The notes below the pieces were generated by a model, which searched no databases, had not been told where the DNA came from, and saw only the letters and a list, made by a program, of their open reading frames with translations. 64,000 nucleotides of DNA from a virus (Duplodnaviria > Caudoviricetes), in IMG/VR virus record IMGVR_UViG_2695420662_000003, positions 1 to 64,000 of that record; one strand, 5' to 3'. The position numbers and the translations under genes are program-made. Positions 52,589 through 62,527 of the stretch are shown piece by piece. Every line of letters starts with the position of its first letter. The first letter of the stretch is position 1.

Positions 52589-55500
52589 CTATATTTTATT
52601 TACTTTTAAATCATCCTTTATTAAAAACTCCCTTATTTCATTGCAAGTTCCATAATAATCTTTCCCTGCTATCATTGCTCCATGAAGTGTATCATTTGGT
52701 CTAAAAGGTTCTTTTATTCTTGTTTTTAACTCATCTATTAATTCTATTAAATCCCAATTTTGATAATCATATCCTTCTACGTATTGACGTCTCATATTTT
52801 AACCCCTCCATATGTACATAAAATTTATTTTTTATCATATTTATCTTCAAATTCTATAACCGAAAGTAAACAAGATATTTTACCTTTGGCACTATGTAAA
52901 CTTTTAATGGAATTTTCCCCTGAACACCATACGTCATTTAAATCACTCATTATCGACTGTAATATACATTTAACTGAATTTTCATTTACTCTCATTTTTT
53001 CTCCTGTTTTCACCAATAAAAAGATTATTTTATTTATTGTTATGATTTATTTATTTTGTCTTAATATAGTTCTATATTTTAAACATTTTTTAAGAAGTCT
53101 ATCAAAATTTTTACCTTTTCCTATACAAGAACACCCTTCTTGTTGTTTTTTATCTATTACAAACGATAACTCCTCCTCTGCTAATAAAACACTTATCATT
53201 TTTTGACCATTTATTTCTTTTATTCTATCCATAATATTACCTCTGCTTTTTTATTTTTTCTTCTTCATATTTAAACTGTTCTAAATACTCTTTGCTTAAA
53301 GGCTTCTTCATAATTTAACTCCTTTCGATAAAAATTATATTTTATTACCTGGTAAAACTTTTAAAATCTTTACATGACTCAGAAAAATAATCCATATGAG
53401 AATTACATTTATTACACCATTCGGCCTGGTAATTATCACAAGTTCCACAGATAGCACTTTCATCATAAACCTTAGATTCTTTTATTTCTAAGATATATAT
53501 TTCTCCTATTATATTGTCATTTATCCACTCATATAACTCTTCTTCTGAATTAAGTTCAACTTCAAATTCTTCTGAACCTCCCATAAACTCATATTTCCTA
53601 TATTTTAATGTAAATAGTGTCTTATAATGCTTAAAATACTTTAATTCATCTTTTTTAAATCTCATATTTACCTCCTTTCTAAATAAATACTATCTTTTAT
53701 GATTGTTCTAAATATTGATTATAAATCCTATTCTCACATTCTTGACATAGTCCTTGATGTAAAAGATAGTAGCGATAATCTAATTCTTCTCCGCAAATAT
53801 CACAATATTTCATTTCTTTCATTTTTATATCCTCCTATTGAATGAATTCCAATTTTCATCTAATTCATACTCTGGACAAAAATTCTCATTTTCTTTTATT
53901 ATATCATCGGCTCTTTGGGGTAAAGTAAAACCATGACATATTATTAATCCTGTAGATGTCATATATCTTCCATTTTTACAATTATAACATTTTTGATTAT
54001 ACATAACTCCTCCTATTAGTAAATGAAAGTTCTATTTTATTTAAAATACTTTTCATAATCCTTTGTTGTTGCGTCTATATTATTTATATCTAAATCATCA
54101 TCCCATTCAAATTCTACAGTCTCACTATTACCAACGTGATATATGCAATCTGTACGATCTGCTAAATAGTTTATAAAACTATCGACTGTCTCAAATTGAT
54201 TATTATAATCCACTATATACAACTCTATTTTATGTAATTTTTCCATATGTACCTCCGCTTAAATATATTACCTTTTATACATCCATCTTTTCTATGCTAA
54301 TTATTCTATCTATATTTAACACTATCTCGCTATTGTCTTGATCTCCAGTTAACACAATGAATTTATTTCCTATATATATTTTTTTTAATAAATTCATCAA
54401 CAGTTTTATAATTTCCTATATGAACTGCTGTTACACCATCCGTAAGCGCTATTTTTAATTTCATGTTACTTCCTCCTTGAATTATTTTTTAATTTTATAC
54501 TTATACTTTAAATTTTCCAATATATAATCAAATATTACTTCTTCCATGTATCTTCTTCTATCGTCTTCACTCATATCTTCAAATTCATTATCATCTATTT
54601 TCATTTTAAATTTTTTGAATTCTCCAACTGAATACCCCATACAATTTATAGTGAATTCTATATTCATATTAGTCCTCCTTATAAAATCATCATTTTATCC
54701 TTATATATTCTCTGTATTATCGCATTTGTTGCACATAACGTAATATCCATTTGTAGTAAGATATTCATCTTCTCCGTCCCAACCCCAATCAAAGTCTTCT
54801 TTAACACTTACATCTCTACTTCCACAATTTAAACATTCTATTTTGAAATTCTCCAATACAATTACCTCCAACTTGAAAATACTATTTTATCTAAGTTTCT
54901 TACCACACATTGGGCAAAAATTTATCATCTTACCATACAAACTGTCATCTTCCCCACCTCTTTTATTTTCCTCCAAGTAACTACAAGTGTTTATTTTTAT
55001 CATGTGATTATTTTTTATTCCGTATAACAGTGGTTTTCTTTCTGTCCATCTCCCATTACAATATTTGCAACCGTCATAGTCTAGATTTTTTAAATATATT
55101 ATAAGATCTTTCATATACTTAATTCTGTCTCCAAAGTTTTCATTAAATTTCTTTATATTAACACTTTTACTCCTTTTTATATTTAATCTCCCTAATTCAT
55201 CTTCCAATAAGGCTATCATAAAGTTTACCTGTTCCCTATTCATATTTCACCCCTTATTTATTCCCTATAAGTATCATATATTTCTATAATCTTAGTTATA
55301 TCTTTATCCAGTTCATAATTTATATGATCTAACTCACAAGTTATATTTTCTATTACCAAACGACCCACCGCATCACTTAATCTGTCTAACTCTTCAACAT
55401 TTCTAATTTCTATTATCGACAATACATGTTCCTCATCATAATAGTCTTTTACGTGTATATATAACATATTGAAATCCGATAACTCATTTTTATATTCTCT

Positions 55501-55765
55501 TATATCTTTGTTATAAGTTCTCTTTAATAAATACCTCATGTTATCCTCCTAATTAGAATATTAGATGCCATAATGCTCTTAATGTTCTTTTCCATTCGCC
55601 GTTTTTATTTAACTCAAATCCATCTATAAAAACTTTTCCATTTATTGTAGTGATAGAAACCCCTTTCATGCCCTTAACCCAAGGATATTCTATACCGTTT
55701 ATTGCAGTAATTCTTCTATTACTATTTGTAACCACTGAAACTTCATTACTCTTTTGATCGTTCAT
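52589..55765 (-). other. Dense array of small hypothetical ORFs (52589-52795, 52825-53016, 53047-53232, 53345-53665, 54037-54246, 54482-54667, 54887-55243, 55258-55539, 55553-55765 and several under 60 aa)
   Basis: Co-oriented, mostly with GGAGG RBS, many separated by WTRAAA-N6-TTTYAT sites. Confidence 0.7.
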
Positions 55766-55786
55766 AAAATCCTCCTAATAAAAATG

Positions 55787-56305
55787 TTATTTTATTGACC
55801 ATCTAGATTTTGGTTTTAATGGTGGTAAATTCAAATGTCTCCACACTCTATTCGTAACTAACTGGGAAACAAATGATGGGTTAACATTATATTCCTCAGC
55901 TATATCTTTATATCTCATTTTTCCTTCTTTGCATTTATTATAAATTTCCATAACAATATCTTCATCAAGTTTACTCATATAACAACTTTCTCCGGATCTT
56001 TTCTTTAGTCTCTTTGCTTCATGTTGTTGATTTTCTTTCTTAGTTACCCATTCTAAATTATCAACTCTATTATTAGTTTTATCTCCGTCTATATGATTTA
56101 CCTCTGGTTTATTCTCTGGATTAGGTATAAATACTGTGGCTACTATCCTATGAAGCCCTCTAATTATCCCAAGATTTCCACCATTTATCATTGTAGTAAC
56201 ATACCCACTTTTTGATGGTTTTGTACTTAAATATTCTCCTTTTTTATTTATAACCTTTCCATAATTAGAAACTTTATAGCCATTAATTTCTCTCCATTCT
56301 TCCAA
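55787..56305 (-). CDS. NUMOD4-HNH homing endonuclease
   Basis: [49 protein letters not shown]-terminal HTH. Confidence 0.92.
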   Translation of the reverse strand: MEEWREINGYKVSNYGKVINKKGEYLSTKPSKSGYVTTMINGGNLGIIRGLHRIVATVFIPNPENKPEVNHIDGDKTNNRVDNLEWVTKKENQQHEAKRLKKRSGESCYMSKLDEDIVMEIYNKCKEGKMRYKDIAEEYNVNPSFVSQLVTNRVWRHLNLPPLKPKSRWSIK

Positions 56306-56350
56306 TTTTATTTACCTCCTTAAATTCGTACTTAAAATTCTAATTTTATT

Positions 56351-57686
56351 CTAATATATTTCAAATTCTTCGCCACAATCTAAGCATCTACCATATTTTT
56401 GACCACCATGATAGTATTTTTCATAGTTTAAACACTCACATCCAACTTCCTCTACACTCTCTTTAATAAAACTACCCTTTCCACCTATTACCTTTGCACA
56501 AAAAGTTTTTTCTATATTATCTGATATTTCATCTTCCACTTGATTTAAAAAACTGCTCCAACTATCAACTATAACATCTTCGTTTACTAATATTTTTGTA
56601 GTTATCTCCAATCCAACTATCTTTTTCATGCTATTTATCCTCCAATATATCTTTTATTAAATTATCACAATCTTTTATGAATTTTTCTTTTGCTTTATGA
56701 GTATATACATCCACATAATTATCAAGTCTTAGCCCATCTCTTTTTATTTTCTCTATTCTATCTATAAGTTCTCGTTTATACATATTTTCCACCTACCAAC
56801 TATAATCATATTTTATTTTTGCTGCTTTAAAAACATATATTATTTTATTTTCCTCTTTTAAAATTTGCATACATTTACAATGTGTTTTATTATTTAATAT
56901 TATTTCATCGCCAGGTTCATATTCGTAGTTCTTTCTCGTTCTCATATCCTCTACTTCTCCAGGTGTTATTATTCTTATATATTTTTCCATATTATTTCTC
57001 TCCATACACTTTTTACATTTTTATTTTATTTTATTTTTAAATTTCTCTCTTCCTGGTAAATATTTATTAAAACCTTTCACCTCATCAAATTCACAATTTA
57101 ATACTGCAAATCCAAGCCTAACTACTTCTCCATTGTAGAATACACACTTGCTGCCACTCATAGTTATTAAAGCGTGTGGTATTTGTGATTCATAATCTGT
57201 ACCCCAATAAAATTTATCTTTTATCTACATTTCTCTCAACAATTTATTTAATTCTTTTACTACCGCTCTATGTTTTTTGTTTGCATCTCTTATTGCTGCT
57301 TTTGCTTTTATAACATCTTGTTTCTTAAGGCATAAATCTAAACCATAATCCAAATTAAAAATATCTTCATCTAAACATACCGATCTAACCTTTTTACCTT
57401 TTTCAATTAATTCTATCGTTTTTCCATTTGTTCTATATGCAAACGTCCTGTTCTCATAATTAGGATCATTTAAGTGTCTTTTCCATTCGCCCCAAACCAA
57501 AGGTTTCTCTTCTACTTTTTCAAAGTATTTTTCAAACTCATCATATGACATTATTCCAGTTCCATAATTTGATGATATTGTAATAGTACCTAATTCATTC
57601 ACTCCTGTTATTTCAAATATATCTCCTATTTTATCAAAACCTCCTATAGCTTTTATTAATTTTATCTTATCTCCCTTTATTAACAT
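56351..57686 (-). other. Hypothetical ORFs (56351-56629, 56793-57005, 57225-57686)
   Basis: Co-oriented ORFs. Confidence 0.65.
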
Positions 57687-58831
57687 ACCTTCTTCATCCT
57701 TTCTAATCTATTATTATATTTATCTATTGCTTCTTGTTCTTCATCTGTTAAACTTCTATTAAATTTACCTAACGCCTGAACTACCTTTCCACCTTTAACT
57801 TCAACCGTAACCAGACTTTTCTCTTTACTATCTTTTCTTCTTAAAAATAATATGTGGCACTCCCCGTCTATAACTTTTTGTATATACGATGCCACGCAGT
57901 TATTTTGTTGTACTGCTTCATCTTTTATTTCATTTGTATTTTCTGGGTACATTAATACATATTTTTTGTATGTATATTCCATAGTTTTATCTATTCTTCT
58001 TTTAAAAGCATCTTCTTTAAATTTAGTTCTTAACCTTATGTAATTCCTAGATGCTATTCTATGTGTAGTTAAAAAGTTCTTAGGATATTTTTCATATTTA
58101 TCACTGATGGAACTCATCATATTAACATAGTCATGTACTTCTACTATCAATCTTTTAAACCCTTCGATGGCCTCATAAGTCATCAAATTATCTAAATATG
58201 TAAGTAATGCTTGTGGTTTATAATTATGGTTATCAACCAATCTGAAGAAGCATCTTTTATAGTTGTCTTCCCACCTTTTATCCTGATCATATGTAAGTAT
58301 ATCTAAAATATCTCTGCGATTTAATGTATTAAATTCTATCTCTAGTAATCTAAACATATTTGGTCTGGTCATAAACGCTTTTATCATTCTATTTTCTAGT
58401 TTTATATTCTGTTCTCTGCAAAATTTTATTAAGCCTTTAGGGATATCTTTGAACTCAGAATGTATAGGGTAATCTACCTTTGTTAATCCAGATGAAAATA
58501 ATTGTTCATATTTAGAATATTCATTTATTCTTTTTAAGAAAGTTCCTATATTTTTAACCTTTTCTACTCTTCTGTTTCCATATCCATATCTTTGGTCTGT
58601 GCTTCTATTGACACAGCCATCTACAAATTCTAAAAAAAATCTATATTTTATATCCTGAAATGAATTTATTACATCTAATAGATTATATCCTCTAAGTTGT
58701 GTACATACATCTTTTACTGGCCTTCCGAGTTTTCCGATACATTCATGTGTTGCTAAATTGTATTTTACATTTTTACCATCTTCAAATTCAAATACTAAGA
58801 ATTGTTTTTCTTTATATGCTTTCATATTCAA
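57680..58831 (-). CDS. PcfJ-domain protein
   Basis: DYVNM, YPKNFLTTH, EAVQQNNCVASY, ILFLR, LVTVEV..VQALGKFNR. Confidence 0.85.
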   Translation of the reverse strand: MNMKAYKEKQFLVFEFEDGKNVKYNLATHECIGKLGRPVKDVCTQLRGYNLLDVINSFQDIKYRFFLEFVDGCVNRSTDQRYGYGNRRVEKVKNIGTFLKRINEYSKYEQLFSSGLTKVDYPIHSEFKDIPKGLIKFCREQNIKLENRMIKAFMTRPNMFRLLEIEFNTLNRRDILDILTYDQDKRWEDNYKRCFFRLVDNHNYKPQALLTYLDNLMTYEAIEGFKRLIVEVHDYVNMMSSISDKYEKYPKNFLTTHRIASRNYIRLRTKFKEDAFKRRIDKTMEYTYKKYVLMYPENTNEIKDEAVQQNNCVASYIQKVIDGECHILFLRRKDSKEKSLVTVEVKGGKVVQALGKFNRSLTDEEQEAIDKYNNRLERMKKVC

Positions 58832-58860
58832 TTTTAATCTCTCCCATATGTACTTATTTA

Positions 58861-59097
58861 TTATATTATTGCATCTAGCAGTTGCTCTGAGTTCTCTTTA
58901 AAACAATTTATACCATCTGCTAACAACATTAATTCTCTACTTGCCTCAAGATCTAACTTATTTATTTTCTCAATATCTTCATCAACTAAATTTAGTTTAC
59001 TCAGCTCTATGATACCTTTTGTTAGGTCGTTACAAGCATTATATATCTTGTTATATATTGGTAATATTTCGCTCATTCTAGTTTCTTCTAATCTCAT
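58861..59097 (-). CDS. Hypothetical protein
   Basis: First ORF after promoter, AAGGAG RBS. Confidence 0.65.
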   Translation of the reverse strand: MRLEETRMSEILPIYNKIYNACNDLTKGIIELSKLNLVDEDIEKINKLDLEASRELMLLADGINCFKENSEQLLDAII

Positions 59098-59149
59098 TAT
59101 TCAATTCTCCTTCATATGTACTTGATAACTAACTTGTTATCTTAATTTA

Positions 59150-59201
59150 ATTATATTATATGTATATTTCAATGTCAATACTTTTATATGAACTTATCAT
59201 A
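59150..59201 (-). promoter_or_regulatory. sigmaA promoter with operator upstream of -35
   Basis: TTGACA-17-TATAAT (59178-59150); TATGAACTTATCATA at 59187-59201. Confidence 0.82.
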
Positions 59202-59457
59202 TTTTTTATTTTTCTAAATCTTTTATTTTAGAACATATCAATTCTGCATTATGAATATCCTCTAGATATGTTTCAAAATATTCTACTATCTCACTAACAT
59301 CTTTTTCTTCTTGTAATACAACTGTCATATTTATATTAAAATTCTTCATTTTCCAAATTATCTCCTTTTTATTTTATTAAAGTAACAATGAAAATCTTAT
59401 TTTATTGCTTTCTTTTATATTTTCCTTTTTAATTCTTTATATGTGCATTTGGAGTAA

Positions 59458-60676
59458 TCAAACACTTATATCCCTCCCTAGTTCTCTCAATCCTTCCCAG
59501 ACTATTGAATTATATTCTTCAAAATCCTCTTTTCTCTGTTGTTCTAATTCATCCATTAAATCTTTTTCACACTTTAAACACATTCCGTCAATATTAATTA
59601 ACTCCTTAATTTCTCCACAAAATATACATTTACACTTCATAACTATACCTTTCTAATTCAAAGCCTTTAAATCCTTAAAATATTCATTTGTAATATTATT
59701 TGCTAATAAATCCAAAATCTTAACAAAATCATATTCTTTAAGTTTTCGCATAGCTAAATCTTTCGGGGCAAGCCAATATTCCGAACAATAACCATTGAAT
59801 TTCAATCTTAATCTTATGTCAATTGTTCCAAAATCACTATGATCAATCATTTCTAAATGTTTGTATTTATTACTAAATTCTCTTAAGGCACTTATATTAT
59901 CTAATAAAAACATTTAAGCCTCCTTTTAATATTTAATTATATCACTAACCCACATTTTACCTTCTACACTATGTGTATCCCAATTAAAATCTCCAATACT
60001 CCATTTACACACAAATTCTGCTATGTTTATATCTGTTATTCTATCTTTCAATATGTATCTTTTAAAATCATCCTCATATGTACATTCTATCCATTTATTG
60101 CTGCTATTAAGCAAGTCTATCGTTTGTTCTATATCCATAGACTTATCATAACCTTCTATACAGTATAACAAATCTTTTATTTTATCTTCTACTACTGTTA
60201 TTTCTTTATTAATAAACTCTTTCATAAGTGACATCATTCTTCTATCACCTCGATTTCAGCATCAGTTACACCAAGTTCATCAAGATACCGAAGACCTTGA
60301 TCTAAGCAGTGTAACTGATTTATTCCATTTACAATTATATAATTGTTTTTATCTTCTAATATGTACACAATCTTACATTTCATAATGTAAATCGCCCCTT
60401 TTATTTAAATCTAGCGTTTATCCTTTTTAATTGTTCTTCTACTGTAATTCCTGTATCTTCTTCTTTTTTCATATATCTTAAGAATTCTAATACTTTATCC
60501 AAATTCACTGTTGCTAAAACTTTTTCACTACTTCCTGACTTTGATTTTACAAGTTTTCCATTTATTTTAGATGGTAAAGAAATTAACATGGCTTTATTAG
60601 TATCGTCCTCTGATTTTATTGCATAACGTTTGCCATTGTCTAATTCATAGAACTTTATTGTTTTTTCTGTTTTCAT
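59458..60676 (-). other. Small hypothetical ORFs (59458-59640, 59653-59913, 59926-60237, 60401-60676)
   Basis: Co-oriented with RBS. Confidence 0.65.
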
Positions 60677-60715
60677 TTTTTACACTCCCTGTATATGTAA
60701 GTTTATTATAACTAA

Positions 60716-60744
60716 ATAATATCATACTTTCTCATATATATCAA
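60716..60744 (-). promoter_or_regulatory. sigmaA promoter with TCATA half-sites
   Basis: TTGATA-17-TATTAT; TATCATAC and CTCATA in spacer. Confidence 0.6.
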
Positions 60745-61046
60745 GTGTTTATCAAAATATTTTTTATCTTTTGTATATTTAATTTTAATCATATGTACTA
60801 ATAATTTATTTTCTAATTTCAATTACTTTATCATTCTCTAACTTAACCAATATTCTTCTTCCTGCTAATGTTATTGCAGTCCATACATTTTTATACTGGC
60901 GCTCTAACAATCTACACATTCCCATATTTTCAATCTCGCTTGTTAAGATCCTCATATCACTCATATTCAATTCTCCCTAACATAAATTTTAAAGGTGTGA
61001 ATATAAGTTTATGCCGTAGATCCACACCATAATTACCATAAGAATA

Positions 61047-61697
61047 CTATTTTCGTTTATCTATCTTCTTAATTAATCTATCTATTCTCTTCTGACAATC
61101 GTCATTCCACCCTTCTTCTAATGCCTTTTGAGTTAATTCTAATGCTTTATCATATTCTTTTCTTTTTTCATATATTATCGCTAATTGCTTATATCCTGTA
61201 TGCGAAGGTAGTTCTTTAAAATATTTACATTTTTCAAATGCTATTTTACTTTGATTAGATATATTTATTTGTTTCTCACAGTATTCTATCGCTCTATCTA
61301 GTGCATCTGTATAATTGTCTCTATTTTTATATAAAACTCTTATACAATTCAAATAAAAGAAATGCACGTCTAATATATCTTTTGTTTCTTTTATATTATC
61401 TTCTCCAAGTTGTATAATCTTTAATGCTATATTATATCTATCTACATCTTTAAACCAACCCACTAATCCACCTATAAATGCTAGTTTTGATGCGGATGTA
61501 TAACTTATACTCCCCTTATCAATTATTATATCTTCTCCAGATGATGTAATTGGAGTATATGTTTCTCTAATAATTCTTCTTTCATTATCATTTAATTCCT
61601 TGAGCCACCAATCCTCAAGATTATAATACTTAATCCATCCTCCAACTTTTATTTTCTCATTCCCTTGGTAAATACCCTTTGAAAATATCTTACTCAC
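61047..61697 (-). CDS. TPR-like helical repeat protein
   Basis: AIEYCEKQI, GYKQLAIIYEKRKEYDKALEL. Confidence 0.7.
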   Translation of the reverse strand: MSKIFSKGIYQGNEKIKVGGWIKYYNLEDWWLKELNDNERRIIRETYTPITSSGEDIIIDKGSISYTSASKLAFIGGLVGWFKDVDRYNIALKIIQLGEDNIKETKDILDVHFFYLNCIRVLYKNRDNYTDALDRAIEYCEKQINISNQSKIAFEKCKYFKELPSHTGYKQLAIIYEKRKEYDKALELTQKALEEGWNDDCQKRIDRLIKKIDKRK

Positions 61698-61722
61698 CCC
61701 TTAAAACTATTCTTTTATTTGA

Positions 61723-62252
61723 TTAATTTAAAGTGGTCATTTCTTTTAATTTATTTTCAACTTTTATAACCTTAACTTTTAATTTATTTATTTCATTAGC
61801 ATTGCTCTCACTTAATATCTCTAATGTTTCAAATCCGTCATTCATTTTGTATTCCATTTTATTTAATCTTTTATTTATATCTTTTACTTCTGATTGAACT
61901 TCCTTTAAATCCTTTTGCATATCTAAAAGTATTTCTAATATTTTATTGTCCATATTCTAACCTCCTAAAGTTATTATCTAACTATTATAACATAACTTAA
62001 TTGCTGTTGGTGTTAAAATCGTGATTTCATGTACCATTATACCTTTTCTACTATTACATCAACTCTACATCCATGTTTATTTGCAGCAATATGATTAAAC
62101 AGTACTACATGATTAATCTTTATAACTTTATATTCCTTGTTTAAAACCATTATACACTCTTCAACTCTTGGTATAAAATCTGATTCATATTGAGTCAGAA
62201 AACTATCTCCTTTTGAATTACGTAAAAAAACTTTAATCACTTTCAATCTCAC
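61723..62252 (-). other. Two small ORFs (61723-61953 coiled coil; 62037-62252 hypothetical)
   Basis: ORF track, RBS present. Confidence 0.6.
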
Positions 62253-62287
62253 CTCTATTTTTAATTTATTGCCTCTTTACACTAATT

Positions 62288-62316
62288 ATTATATGATAAG
62301 TTCATATATTTGTAAA
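62288..62316 (-). promoter_or_regulatory. sigmaA promoter with 15-bp operator
   Basis: TTTACA-17-TATAAT; TATGATAAGTTCATA at 62292-62306. Confidence 0.82.
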
Positions 62317-62527
62317 CTTATTTTTGAAGTTTTTTATATAAAGTTTTCGACAAAATATAAATAAAATCACACTTTCATGTATTAAAATAAACCTGGACTA
62401 TCAATTCTTACAAATTAATGCAAGAATAATGAAGTAGATAATCCAGGTTTATTTATTATGTTATTCACAACTTGAGAGATTCTCATTATAATTTTAATAT
62501 ATTTCTATATTGTATGTCAATTTATAT

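Larger units (their letters stand above)
2558..60798 (-). repeat. Dispersed strand-polar motif GTACATAT (ATATGTAC on + strand), about 60 copies
   Basis: Manual scan; only one copy seen in the opposite orientation (24412). Confidence 0.9.
4896..62378. repeat. Dispersed 18-bp palindrome WTRAAA-N6-TTTYAT at gene junctions, about 28 copies
   Basis: Manual scan; coordinates listed in findings. Confidence 0.8.

Noticed and set aside
1-56129. 87-bp inverted identity as terminal repeats of a mobile element
   Set aside because: Lies wholly within HNH coding cores; no transposase seen
3217-60168. Many + strand ORFs in the track (e.g. 3607-3891, 8001-8369, 16440-16874, 52760-53206) and - strand ORFs within 272-2214
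   Set aside because: Antisense shadows of well-supported genes; Ser/Leu/Phe/Ile-rich, no RBS or motifs
2558-60798. CATATGTAC motif as a LexA (SOS) box
   Set aside because: Only the copy at 20111 has the GAAC half; the rest lack it and are strand-polar, unlike a palindromic operator
2558-60798. Motif explained simply by a palindromic RM site (GTAC or CATATG) or by start codons
   Set aside because: The combined 8-mer is orientation-biased and many copies are inside genes or upstream of the SD, which neither explanation predicts
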